Assembly (NCBI GenBank): GCA_002104905.1
Contig: MCFE01000550.1
Span: 1 to 59,426, forward strand
Direction of reading: 5' to 3'
Origin: Basidiobolus meristosporus CBS 931.73
Lineage: Eukaryota > Fungi > Basidiobolomycota
Length of the DNA stretch: 59,426 bases
The translations under genes and the position numbers were made by a program. The notes below the pieces were generated by a model. The model worked only from the letters and a program-made list of their open reading frames with translations. It did no database searches and was not told the origin of the DNA. Below are positions 13,085 to 26,184 of this stretch, piece after piece. Position 1 is the stretch's first letter, and each line of letters begins with the position of its first letter.

Positions 13085-14651
13085 ATGGTCACTTGCATTT
13101 CCGAGTTTGGTATTTACTCTTCTCACTTGAGCAGCCAGCTTCTGCGTTCTTCCCAACTTTACCTCGTAGCGCTTGTATACTCCACTGTGCCTCGTTTACC
13201 TGATTCGAAATCGCTGAGCGTAGTATTTCTTACGTGTTCTTTCTCCACTGAAAATATCAGACAACTAGTTTTGCTGACAAACTTTCCGATATACACTTGC
13301 CTATCCAGCGTACATACAGCCACATGACTGTTCTCACTGCTGCACCCAGCAAGAAGCGTGGTGCTGATACTCTATGCTCTCCTTTGCGCAAAAAACCCAG
13401 TTTTTTCGTGTCGCTATTCCAGCGAGCTTCCAGAGAGTTTACTGAGCTATGCTCATCCATATCTAGTGTTCTGTACGACCCTCACGTAAGTTTCTCGCGT
13501 TTCTTGCTTAAACTTCAACCGGCTTACCTCTCCACCCCAGACACAACAGGCTGCCTTGATTCAGAGCCAGAGCAAACGCTCTTCAGTCCGGCGTAAGCAA
13601 CGTAGGTCTCGCTCTCCCAAAGAGTCCAGGAAGATAGCTACACCAGTTACTAGACGACGATCAGCACGCTTTAATCGCCCCTCTCCAAAGGACACAAATA
13701 CTACACCAGGTAAAGAGCCGTTGCGCTCCACTCTATAGTTACTTCAGGTTTAATAACGTCAAGGCATAGGAAATCTAGACGGGAGTCCCCTTACCGAGCT
13801 AATCCTGAGTGACGCTGGAAATTCGCCCAGTGAATGGTTGCTTTACAGCTCTACGCCACAATGCTCCCCAAAATACAAGACCATACCCGTGGTCTTGATT
13901 CCAGTGAAGTCCGATCCTCGCCGTAGTTCCCGAAACAGAAGTAAAACATGCAAGCACTCCCCCGCAATCGGCACGGTGAAGGACTCTGTTCCAGGTGATA
14001 GGAACATGCCTGCCGGGGTCACAGATGGTATTCACATCCACTCAAGCCCTTCGTCCACGGGATACCCAGCCGGTGTACACCAGTCACTAAATTCTTCACT
14101 CGGGTTGGATACATCACTCTGTTCACCTTCCTCCAACGATGTATCTTCTATATCGGCGAATTGCGCCCACAGAAAATCCAACTCTGCTCGTAACGGAGCC
14201 GCATCAACTAGCCCAAGCAAGATTGGCAAGATCGCCAGACTGGAGGAGGAGTTACAAGCATTGAAAGTGCAGGTAATTCAAAGTTGATTACATCGCTTTA
14301 TGATCATGGGCCCTGACCGCTCATTAGGTTGCTTCGTTGAGACAAGTGGTGAATGAGAAGAAACAAAACGGCGATTCATCGCTGCCTTCACCTGTCTCCG
14401 AGTCCGAGAGTAGTACATTCTCGCCGCCACTACCACTGCTACCACCTCTCCCTCCAGTAGCTCAATCAAACTCGAAGTCGCTTGATGGATCCCCGAAACA
14501 GGTGATTACACCCATCTTCTCACCTCCATCCTGTGCCCACTAACACTTTCAATAGGCCAAAGCGGGGCCTACGAGTAGTGATAGTGATCGAATGACGAAG
14601 ATGTTGGAGGAAATGCGTACTGTGAAGTTGCGCAAGACTGGTCGACTGTAG
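13085..14651 (+). CDS. Multi-exon Ser/Pro-rich protein resembling mitochondrial fission regulator (MTFR1-like); exon limits approximate
   Basis: Short ORFs linked by GT..AG introns. Motif order is KIARLEEELQALKVQ (coiled coil), PPLPLLPPLPP, then MTKMLEEMRTVKLRKTGRL. The family call is from recalled motif order only. Confidence 0.45.
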
Positions 14652-14995
14652 GAATCATGGCCCGCTTTTACAGGACGTGAATGCAACAGGCTTTTTGGAC
14701 TGTTGGACATTGATCCAATCCCCTCATGTAGATAGTTAGTTGAGCGATCCCGGATCCAATCATGTACAGTACGGGTTGTCAGTCAACGTCTCCTCGCAGA
14801 GCCCTTCAACGTTCATATATCATTGATTCAGTTTCTTTTCATTGTTTTATCCAATCGGAGTTCTTTATATTTATTTAAATTGCTTTGTACGATGTCGGTT
14901 CCATCTGTCAAGTAATAAACCATAGGCAACATCTTTTTACCTCACACATGGCAATGAGGGTGGCAAGGTTCGCTGGAGTATTGTGTACGGAAAGG

Positions 14996-16782
14996 TCAGT
15001 GTGCAACTTTTAGTCGATTGAGGCGGTCGTTTAGCTGCCATTGGTAGAGGCTAGCTGGCTCGACCCTGGTCCCATGGCTCTCCCAATACCCAGGGCCGGC
15101 TCGCTCCGGGAACGCACCCATTTCCTGGGCACCTTGAACACCAATGGCAAAGTTCATGGCAGTTGGCGGCTTTTGAACTACAGCTGTGCCATTAGTATTC
15201 CATAAAACATAGTTGGCACCAGCCCATCCATGACCTGTACCATAGTATTCTCGGTCTTGAACGGCAATGTTTGCAGATACGTTATCATACAAGCCGCCCA
15301 CGGACCATCTGTGATGGGGTTCTGGGTGAAATTAGTTGGTATAGAATATCAATCGCTGAAGTGGTGGCTTAACTTACCGCTACTATCGTAATCATCTACG
15401 GAAGTGCAGTTGTAGAAAACATTGGGGCCGGTAACCCGAGCTCCCACGATAAACGCGTGCCTGGCTTGCGAGGCGTAATTTCTCTGGTGCAGAATGAGCT
15501 CGCTGCCGTCCTCGATGAAATATGCGTACCGTTTGGTACCTTCTATCAGCGATACCGGCTCAGAATAGTCACAATCCTGCACGGTCACCCAACGGGTGTT
15601 GTTCACGGTGACGACGAAGTTGTTGAAATGCTTTCCAGAGAGGTTTCTGGCGTATCCGTGCTGGAGCTTCTCAAATGTCACGAAGCTCTCTGCGTGCTCT
15701 TCATCGGAGTAATAGCTCTTTCCCTCCGCGGTGACGTTCTTGATGGCTGGGTTAAAGACGGATATGCCATTCAAGTATTCTATGCCGACATGAGAGATTC
15801 TTCCGGAATACCCGTACTTATATATGTACCCTCCACCCCATCTATCCTCGAAGCTACTTGTCAATGGACTGTCTAGTATGATGGTGCCTGTTTCTGCGTC
15901 GATGTAGGATATGCTTCGTGTGAATAGTAAATCGAAGGGTGTCCAGTTCGTGGACTTTCGGCCCTCTGGGTCACGTGAAGAGAGGTCGTTCATTCCTAAC
16001 GCTCGGATCCATGGATCATTCCCAACTCTACCAACTATCACATCATCACCAACACTGAACTCGGTGATATCCCGAGGGGCCACTTGGACCTGGAACGAGC
16101 CCACCGATACATAAGATCCTGTTATGGGGGCTTTTCGAGACGACCTCTCAGGTTCGCCTGACCCGGTGAAATGGAACACCGTGTACGGGGATTTGCCAGT
16201 CGCCACAATAGTAGTGTTTCCTTTGAGATCACCTCGGATGATCACCCCGCTGTACCCTATCATGATTGGCTGAGATATTCTATAGACTCCAGATTGAAGC
16301 AACAAGGCCCCTCTGTACCCAGTCCCAGAGTCGATTGGCTTAGAGCCTAGTGCATTGACAGCTTCCTGAACCCTAGTGGTATCGTCCGTGTTCCCAGCTG
16401 ATGGAGTCAGGGTCAGCAAGTTTGGGATTCCTTCCGGGATCGGCTTGACTCCTGCCTCATACCCAGCATAAGAAAAATCAGGCAGGATATCATAAAGGTC
16501 AGTATACGTATTATAGCAAGTGAAATCGGAAGTCAGCTGGAGAAGATTGGTATCCCCGGGCTTCGCGGACGGCTGGATGATCTGTAGAGCGGGTGGCGAG
16601 TGAGGGCTGTAGGGGGTCGCATACCGAGTTTGCTTTGGCAAATAACGCAAACACGCACGCCTCGTATATCCATACTGGCGCGAGAGAAGGGCCCCGGCCA
16701 GGACCGCGACCACCAGGAATGTCAGGAGCGAGTGTAACAAAGGCCTCCTATAGAAGCACAATAGCCTACGAAGCTTGGCCAT
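14996..16782 (-). CDS. Membrane-anchored pectin-lyase-fold (parallel beta-helix) protein; one intron at 15322-15377
   Basis: N-terminal TM segment, then PDFSYAGYEAG, DDTTRVQEAVN and GALLLQSGVYRIS (pectate_lyase_3-like start). Splicing joins YDSS/EPHHRWSVGGLYDN...GHGWAGANYVLWN. Confidence 0.6.
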
Positions 16783-18401
16783 ACTCTAGAAGTCCCAACA
16801 GCCACGGATGAGCTTTTACGGAATAGATAAGAACAGGGTGGTCGCCACTTGAAATAGGCTAAAATCCAATCTGAGCTCGAGTTGAGCATCACGCTGATCG
16901 TTTGCGTTTCAACCTGCCACAAGGTGCACCACCTAGAAGACCAAAAAACGAGTGTGCCCAGATGCCACTACAATGCGGGGGAGATTAGTTGCCACGTTGC
17001 ATGCACACCTCACACACACACACACACCCGAGGCGGATTTCATGCTCGTAGGTCTGGATGGTTACTCGCATGACTGCAACAGTGGAGCAGATTCCTTAAA
17101 ATCACGGGCTCCAATTGGATTTGACTGCAGGAGATCACCATGGCCGCCTGAAGGCATTTGTGGGTCTGGGGTGGCAGAGTTCGAACGAAGAGCCTGAGAC
17201 CATTAGTGTTCCGATAAGCTAAGCGCGCATAGACATCTAAGACACTTTGTTTATGTATCTGGTTTGTTTCTTCCCCCTACGTCCTGCCTTTTTATGGCAC
17301 ACCGGCCTCGTACCTCCACTGGAAAGCCAAAACAGTCTTCCCAGGCCAGCCCCACAGATCGTGGGCAATGTGAATCTTCGCTCTCGAGATCAATCCCAAT
17401 GGTCGCTAGGTAAGGGAAGGCAAGCCACTAATGGGGTAAGCAAGACGTCACCTTCGTGCTGGACTAAATGAAATTCTTGAATTTCCTAGCCTATTGTCCA
17501 ACAAGAGGTTGGGAAAATAGGGACCAGATGGATTGGAATAATTGGCGAGAGGCAATCAAGAGCAATTGTAAGGTTTATCGTACAATCAACTGGATCGCGC
17601 TATTCGTCATGGTATAGGTTGCTTGGAATTGGTGTGGCATACTCTTATCTAGAGTTCCTTCCATCCTGCGATCTCCACTGATAGCTCAGATGCCCTTCTG
17701 ATCTTCGCCGATCAACTCCAAGTCACACCTCAATTCCTCGCCATAGCACCACACACGGGAGGATTTGTCGTCATATCTACCCCTATATCCCAGGGGTAGC
17801 GATGTCACTCGATGGCTCGTAGATCAGGTTGTGAGCGGACGCTTTGGGTGCGCTGCCCCATAAGGCCCTAGACCCTTGAGGCAGGCGGTTGACTGGGTGG
17901 TTAGCGTTTAAGCTTCATCTGCTGCGCTTGGGATAAAGAAATGCCGTTCATTCACACCGAGATGTGCAAACGAATCCATATTTTCGTGGCGTCTTGGATA
18001 CTGGAAATCCCACAACACCACTGGTGCATTGAATACGTAAGCCAATTCCCAATCAAGCCCATCTATTGACACTTAACATATATGGTGGGCGACGTTTGGT
18101 TGGCTTTGAATTTCGCTGGAGGAATAGAGTAGCTGATCAATTCATATATACTCGCCATTCGGATTCGATATGTATTGGCACCTCTCCAGATCCAGAATTA
18201 GCGTAGTGACTATATCAGGAAGAATTTCGGTCAGAATTGTTAGGACGTCATGCATATTCATACTTATAAAAGGGTTTCGTAGGTTGCAAGTTATTGAGTA
18301 CCTACACCTCTTTTACGCAACCACCTTCCTAGTTAGTTTCTTGATTAAATCCCTTGCCTCCTCAACCCTTTAATTTTTCACTGCGAACCTGTAAACTGCC
18401 A

Positions 18402-21400
18402 ATGTCACAAGCCTCAGAAAAATTGGTTGTTTATTTGCTCGAGTTGGAGGACGATGGCTCTCCAAATCCCAAGAAACAGGTAATTCTTGCATCGATGGGC
18501 ATGCCCGCGCCCACAGGTCCACCTCGTACTTACTCGTCCCTCAGCTCATAAGACTCCCCTCGCCCACCAGTCCCTACGGACTACGTGTCCAACTAGTCCC
18601 CGGTTCCTTGGCTGCCAAGGGTGGCGTGCTCTACACCAACTATCCCGTCAATGGGTAGGCCTGTTCTTGCCTCTGACATTATGAGCCGAGCGCTAATGTT
18701 TTGATTTTAGTGGGAAATACGAACGCACACAATTCAACAAAGTCAAGTAAGTGAATCAACCCATACATAGGTTGTTGGTCGGGCTCAATGTTGACCCATT
18801 TGTTTGATTCAAGCTTCAGCAACGACCACGTCACAGAATGTTACTGCGATCTCCTGATCAAGCAAGCTGGCACCTTCCAATACTATGTTGAATACGACGC
18901 GCCCCAGTCTTCGAACGAGCCTTCTGACCAAAAGACTCGCGTCAAGTCGAAGTTGGGCTATTTCCTTGTCGCGCCTAACCTAACGATTAATTCGGCGAAG
19001 GGGAAGAAGCACCTGCCCTTGGACGGGGTTGTATTGCAGAGTATCATTCCAAAGTGGCTTGGCCCTATCTCTCAGTGGGCTGACCAGATCAAGGGAATCG
19101 CCGAGCTTGGGTACAACATGCTACACTTCGTGCCTTTGCAGCAGCGAGGAATGTCAAACTCCCCCTATTCCATTTACGATCAGCTGGCTCTGTCCGATGA
19201 TCTTTTCGACCAGAAGCTGGATGAAAAGACCAAGTTCAATCAGCTGAAGAAGGTCTTGCGAGGTATCGAGGAAAACTATGGCGTCTTGGGGCTGACCGAC
19301 GTGGTGTATAACCATACCGCCAACAACAGCGAATGGCTACAACGCCACCCCGAAGCCGGCTACAATCTTGTCAATTCCCCCCACCTTATCCCCGCGTTTG
19401 AGCTCGACACCGCGTTGCTAGAATACTCCGCTAGACTGGGAGAATATGGAATCCCAACCAAGGTCGAGAATGAGAACAATTTGAATCAGGTCGTCGACGG
19501 CGTCAGGCCCTATGCCATCAACCGAGTTAAGCTTTGGGAATTCTATATTATTGATACCAAGCAAGCGTCCGAAGAGCTTCGTCAGGCTATCGAGAAGAAC
19601 ACCAAGCCCGATGGCATCTACGACGGAAAGAACCTTTCTTACACCTCGGTCAAAGAAAGAGCGGAGCTGCTGATAAAGGACGCGCTATATGTGGAGAAGA
19701 TCGGAGGTAGATTCGGCAAGAAAATCAACACCTCGGTAGCCTTGGCATTGCTGTCCTCCGTGTTCGGAAAGCCTGTTGACTCTAGCATTGCCGATGACGT
19801 CATTCGTCATTATGAGGAGATCCTCAGCGACGTCAACCTCGTCTTCTATAAAAAGTACGACGAAGATACCGTCGCCATCATCGAGAACATTCGCAACCAG
19901 GCCAGATACCAACGTCTTGAGGAGAATGGGCCGAAGATGGGCGAGATCAATAGCGAGAATCCATTGATCCAAACCTATTTCACCCGTCTTCCTGAGAACG
20001 AGATCACCAAGAAGTTCCCCAAAGAAGCCTGTGCCTTAGCCAACAATGGATGGATCTGGGGAGCTGACCCATTGGTCGATTTCGCTAGCGAGGGTGACAA
20101 CTACCTGCGTAGAGAAGTGATCGTTTGGGCCGATTGTGTGAAGCTCAGATATGGCAAGAGCAAAGAGGACAACCCTTGGTTGTGGGATCACATGGCCAAA
20201 TATACCGAATCCATGGCTCATCTCTTCCAAGGCTTCAGAATCGACAACTGCCATTCCACTCCCATCCACGTGGCTGAGTATCTCTTGGACACTGCTCGCC
20301 GTATTCGCCCTGACCTCTATGTCTTGGCCGAGCTTTTCACTGGTGCCGAAGACAAAGATAGAATCTTCGTCAATAGACTTGGTATCAACTCTCTAATCAG
20401 AGAAGCCATGCAGGCTTGGGATGCCCATGAGTTAAGTCGCCTAGTACATCGTCATGGCGGTCTTCCAGTTGGATCCATGTACTTCGATTGCTTACCCAAA
20501 GAGTCGGTCACTGACGTTGGAAAGGGCAAGGTCCCTTGTACCATCATCCCCTTGGCCGGCGAGCTCCCCCATGCGCTGTTCATGGACTGTACCCATGACA
20601 ACGAGACCCCCAACCAGAAGAGAATGGCCGAGGATACCCTTCCTAACGCAGCTTTGGTGGCCATGGCCTCTTGCGCAATCGGCAGCGTCAAGGGTTATGA
20701 CGAAGTGTATCCCAGACTCCTGGATCTCGTGGGTGAGAGTAGAAGATACAAGAAGACCGAGGACCCACTTAACACAGGCATCGGGAAAAGCAAGAAGATT
20801 CTGCAAGAATTGCACCGACAGATGGCTAGAGAGGGCTACAGGGAGGTTCATGTCCATCATGAGAATCAATATGTGATGGTTCACCGCCAACACCCTGACA
20901 CTCACGATGGCTATTTCATGATTGCCCACACCGCCTTTGCCAATTCGGAGGAGCGCTCCTGGGTTGCTCCGGTTAAGTTGCGAGGAACCAAGGCCGAGTC
21001 CATCTTCTGCCACCGATTGGTCGTGAAGAACAGAAAGCCAGAGCAAAATGCCGAGTATCTTGCCGGGCTTGATACTGTTCTTGAAGAGTTGCCTGCCCCT
21101 CAGTTGGTTGAAGGCTCAGATGAACATGGGGCCTACACCGAAGTGATCTTCCCGGAGAACTTTACCCGTGGCAGTGTTATGTTGATGAAGACGTCGTTGA
21201 CTTCCACCCCTTCAGGAATCACCGAGAAACTGTCTAGCGGTATTAAGCAGGCTGTCAGTAAGCTTGGATTGCTTGAATTAAATGTGGCGCTGTACCGATG
21301 CGATGAAGAGGAGAGAGATATTCTCAACCAAGATGGTACCTACAATATTCCCAACTACGGACAGCTGCCTTACTGTGGTTTGGAGGGATTCATCTCGGTA

Positions 21401-23161
21401 CTAAAGCCCATCATGAAGAATAGTGACTTGGGACATCCATTCTGTGGTCATCTCCGAGATGGCCAATGGGCACTGAATTACGTTGTAGGTAGACTCGAGA
21501 AATATTCTGAGCGCTACCCCAACCTCCATGATCTTTGCAATTGGTTCAAGGAGAAGTTCGACATTATCCGTCAATTCCCGAACTTCTTGCTTCCCAAGTA
21601 CTTCGCATCTGTCATTCACACTGCCTATCAGGCCTGTCGTGAGCGAGCTATCGAGCAGATGTCACCATTCGTCCGTAACGGTGATGACTTTGTGAAGTCG
21701 CTGGCATTGACGTCCGTACAAATGTACAGCGTTGTCGGTACTACCAGCTTGCATCCCACCAAGCCTGGCCCATGTCTTGCCGCAGGACTTCCACATTTCG
21801 CTGTACGCCACATGAGATGCTGGGGTCGCGATGTCTTCATCGCGCTCAGAGGCTTGATGATGGTGACAGGGAACTTCGAAGGAGCCAAAGAACATATTCT
21901 TGCCTTCGCCGGTAGTTTGAAGCATGGACAAATCCCCAACCTTCTCGACAGCCTGAGAAAGCCAAGATATAACGCCCGTGACTCCACCTGGTGGTTCTTG
22001 CAAGCCATTCAGGATTATTGCAATCTTGCCCCCAACGGCATTGAGCTCCTCAAGGAAAGCGTCCCACGCAGATTCCCCAAGACAGACGAATACGTCGAGT
22101 CCGATGATCCCCTAGCCTACTCGTATAGCTCCACCATCATCGAGATCATCCAAGAGATTCTGGAGCGTCACGCCAACGGTATTCATTTCCGTGAATGGAA
22201 CGCTGGCCCTAACCTTGATCATTCGATGAGCAACGAAGGCTTCCAAGTGGACATTGCGACCGACTGGAAGACTGGTTTGATACATGGAGGCAGTCAGTTT
22301 AACTGTGGTACTTGGATGGACAAGATGGGCGAATCCCCACGTGCAGGAACCGTAGGAGTTCCCGCCACTCCCAGAGATGGAGCCACCATTGAGATCATAG
22401 CCTTGCTGAAGTCAACCCTACGCTGGTTGTTGAACCTCTCCGCATCGGGTAAGTATCCTCACAAGGGAGTCCAGGTCCAGGATGAAAATGGCACCCGAAT
22501 GGTTACTTTCAGACAATGGAACGACTTGATCCAGAAGTCATTTGAAGAGCATTTCTACGTTCCTTCGGACGAATCTGAAGATTCTCAGTACAAGATCGAG
22601 CCAAGCCTTGTCAAGCGTCGCGGCATCTACAAGGATACCTACGGATCAAGCAAGAAGTATACCGATTACGACTTCCGCCCCAACTTTGGTATCGCCATCA
22701 ACGTTGCTCCAGAACTGTTCAATCCTAAACACGCACTCACTGCTCTTGAGAATGCCAGAGTGGTGTTGCTGGGTCCCCTGGGGATGAGAACCTTGGATCC
22801 TTCGGATAATGAATACCGCGGGGATTATGACAATGGCAATGACTCCTACGACAGAAGCGTTGCTCGCGGATTCAACTACCATCAAGGACCAGAGTGGGTT
22901 TGGGTATTCGGCTACTACTTGAAGGCATACTTCACCTACAAGCTCAAGAACACAAAGGAAGATGTTAACGATCTGATATACACAGTGCTTCGTCATCTTG
23001 TTCCTCACCGCAAAGAGGTCGAGACCTCGAAGTGGGCAGGTTTGCCCGAACTAACCAACTCCAATGGATCCTTCTGCTATGGATCATGCCCTACTCAAGC
23101 ATGGTCAAGTGGCGCCGTACTTGACGTTTTGCGCGAGCTGCACTTGAATGTCAAGAATTAA
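18402..23161 (+). CDS. GDB1: Glycogen debranching enzyme (4-alpha-glucanotransferase/amylo-1,6-glucosidase)
   Basis: Short 5' exons (MSQASEKLVVYLLELEDDGSP) plus a 1457-aa ORF with SNSPYSIYDQL, DVVYNHTANNS, GFRIDNCHSTP, AELFTG, DCTHDNETP, RCWGRDVFI, TWMDKMGES and YHQGPEWVW. Confidence 0.95.
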
Positions 23162-23480
23162 ACTCACTGTGCGCTTGTCGATGCGCCCTCTTCTAGAATA
23201 GATTCTATTCTGTCAACACACGATGATTCCTGATGTATAATGCTTAATTAAACCTATTTAATATTACCAATTTTGGGGGGCCATCACTCTTGTCAGAGAA
23301 CGTCAGCCGGCATTAATTTAGACTTAATGGGAGAGATAGGAAGGAAGTGCCGTAGCACCCAGACTTGGGAAAGTGGACTATGATACAGTTGCCAGGATAT
23401 TCATTTCCAAATCTAATCGAAATGTAACCAAACTAGCAATAATGCTACAAGCAGGGGCTAGACAAAGCAGGCTTGAGTGT

Positions 23481-24953
23481 TTACGGGCTGTTCTGATCGC
23501 TGCCAGCCTCTAGTCTGTTCTCTCTCAACCGGGTGGCAAGCGCGAAGACCACGATGATAGCATGGCAGATGCCAAGGATAACAAAAGGCGCACCTTGCAT
23601 CCACTCGTCGAACAGCCAGCCACCAGCTTTGTTTATGACCATCACAGCTAAAGCACCAAAGAAGCTGTAAACACCTGCTACACTTCCACGTATTTCCTCC
23701 CTGACGTACGGCCCATTTACCAGAATCATACTCGTTACGATCATCCCGATTTGGCCAAAGCCAATTAGAACGGCCCAAAGGTTACCAAGCCCGGAGGTTG
23801 GGTCCTTGGAGAAAGCGAATGGGAAGCAGCCAATCATTCCTACAACACCTGCGATTAGTGTGGTCGTGGTCCGACGGAGACGGTCACTCAAAATGCCGAA
23901 AACTGGGGCTCCAACGATGGCACAGGTTTGAGCTACTCCAGATAATCGAGAGGCAATGTTATAGGCTTGTGGGCAAGATGCCTTGCCCTCACTCTCACAC
24001 AGGTTGTTGTCAAGATAATACTGCGCAACCCACAAGCTTATAAACGTGGAGACCACTACCGTATCGGCACGAGCCACAAAGCTCGAGATATACCCAAGGA
24101 AGACACGTGGATCTTTACTTGCAAGAAATCCTTCTTTTAGCAAAGCGAGCGTGTTTTCAGGTTTCTTCTCCTGATCAACCCCTGCCTCCTTTTGACCTAG
24201 GCTCCTTTCTTTGGGAAGGGTAAACCATAAGAAGAGACTCAAGCACATTGCAATACCACCAACAATGTAGAAGCTTGTTTTGATGGCCTTGACCGAATCG
24301 CCGTCGTATAGCTTAGTCAAGCGCCCTGGGAGTGGTAGCAATACCCCAACTGCAAGAAGGGCGCCTGTATTCAACACCGAGATTAGTGATTGATGAAATT
24401 GGTCAAAAATGAAGGATTGATGCATACCTAATCCAGAGAAAATACCGACAACCCCAGCGACACGGCCCCGTTTGTTGCTTAGGCAGTCACCCAACAAAGC
24501 AGTTAACATGGAGGTACAAGCACTGGAGCCGGCTGCGAACAAGAGACGAAGCAACAGGAGGCCTGGATAAACATTCGTGGCAGTCGTAAACGTCAGGATA
24601 CTGATACTCGTCAGGAAGAAGCCCAAAACATAAATAGGGCGTCTGCCGATGCGATCAGACAGGGTTCCCCAAACGGTGACCATGACTATAGAGAGGATCT
24701 CATCGTAAAGGCCAAGAGAGCCGGTAATGTTCCCAATACTGCCGGAATCAGTTTTGATGATGTCTGTGAGAACAAAAGCCTGAGAGGAGCCCACATACAC
24801 CACAAAGCATATAGAGAAAGCCACTGCTACCAAGTAGGCCACGAAGTTGATGGGCTTTATGTTAGGGCGCAGCGAAAAGATTCGAAGAAAGCGGCGCTCC
24901 TCAAAGCGCTCCTCAACCACGTGTGTTTCCAGCTCTTCCTTGCCGAGACTCAT
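23481..24953 (-). CDS. Major facilitator superfamily transporter; likely 63-nt intron at 24365-24427
   Basis: About 12 hydrophobic segments, motif A twice (GTLSDRIGRR; GILSDRLRRT). ATG at 24953. Confidence 0.85.
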   Translation of the reverse strand: MSLGKEELETHVVEERFEERRFLRIFSLRPNIKPINFVAYLVAVAFSICFVVYVGSSQAFVLTDIIKTDSGSIGNITGSLGLYDEILSIVMVTVWGTLSDRIGRRPIYVLGFFLTSISILTFTTATNVYPGLLLLRLLFAAGSSACTSMLTALLGDCLSNKRGRVAGVVGIFSGLGMHQSFIFDQFHQSLISVLNTGALLAVGVLLPLPGRLTKLYDGDSVKAIKTSFYIVGGIAMCLSLFLWFTLPKERSLGQKEAGVDQEKKPENTLALLKEGFLASKDPRVFLGYISSFVARADTVVVSTFISLWVAQYYLDNNLCESEGKASCPQAYNIASRLSGVAQTCAIVGAPVFGILSDRLRRTTTTLIAGVVGMIGCFPFAFSKDPTSGLGNLWAVLIGFGQIGMIVTSMILVNGPYVREEIRGSVAGVYSFFGALAVMVINKAGGWLFDEWMQGAPFVILGICHAIIVVFALATRLRENRLEAGSDQNSP

Positions 24954-26184
24954 TTTTGGCTTAGTTAGGTTTAGAGTACGGCTTAGGGGAAGAAAGAACG
25001 GACTTTGCATAGATGTTGGATCCCGGCTGCTTTTAAAAGAAATCCAACAAAAAGCGCTTGCTGTCTGATTCGAAAAGCTTAAATCAATTTAACTATAACA
25101 CTGAAAATCGCAAGCCGAATTTCATGTATCATCCGTGTCTTCCAATGGAGCTCTTCTGCAAACCCACTGTACGACGGAATAAATTACCGGCTTCTTGCAC
25201 TCACATCATGAATAGTAGCTTCGCGGTGATATTTCGCCAAATGGGGAAATTGACCACCAATTGCCTCCATTAGGAGCTAACCATTTATATGCAACCATAC
25301 AGACTGGATTATTGGCAAAATGTAGATCGAAAGACAAAGGTTGATGCTGCGATGGTTATGTTAGAGCTTTCACCTCTGTGGCACCCAACTAAATATACCA
25401 CTAGATATGGTCCCTGATAAAACACGAACAACGTCAGCCACTTGGACGTGGACAGTCATACTCTCGATTGTAGGTAGGAAGAGTGTGTGGTGGTCGAACG
25501 AAGCTCCCTCTTCCGCTTATGTCAGGAAGCATGTTCAACCACACGCAATGGACGAAGGAAATGCGGAGGCCGAGGAAGCATTCCTACGCATATGACAGGC
25601 AGGTTCAGATATCGGACAGTGTAGAATCAGCGTTCTATTCAAGGAAACCTCCTGTTGCCTCATATCGTTAGCTATAACTATCAGCCATTTGGGTATCAGC
25701 CGCAGGAGCATTTTATAGACAGAGTTGGAGTGAGGCGTCGATTAATCTGAGTTCCCCAAGACTGATGCAAATCCTCTACCAACCAAGCTTGGTGACATAA
25801 TTGCCAATCATACCAAGTCAATGTCTACGGGGATTCTTCCTAGCATAACGAAGTAAATCTTGTCAATCTATATTATTTATTTGTAACACCCCTGAATTAT
25901 CCAGATGCAGGGCCTTCCCGGAGGCCGCATTGTTTCGTGACCACCAACTATCGTACAATGGATATCAGTCATCAGAAGCATTATCTTGACTCCAACCCGT
26001 GCCCTTCGTAATTTGGCAAATCTTCACCACAATAGTCGCAACAAGCCACCTCGTTATTGTGCGATTGTGGCCCCTCGCCCTGCGCATTCTTCAGCTCACC
26101 TATATATAGCGGCCAGGCTCTAAGGGCGACAATTTCCTCGTAAATCCCTCTCTTAATCCAGAAAAATTTAACACCATAATTTAA

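Noticed and set aside
3804-17027. G12 run at 3804-3815 and (CA)8 at 17011-17027
   Set aside because: These are ordinary simple repeats, one in a TOP2 intron and one intergenic.
17500-18300. Possible hidden gene in the lyase-GDB1 intergenic region (also 8550-9200, 10900-11400, 32500-33400, 35900-36700, 42900-44200)
   Set aside because: Only short open stretches with no recognisable motifs or consistent splice signals. I cannot exclude ncRNAs or small genes without a search.
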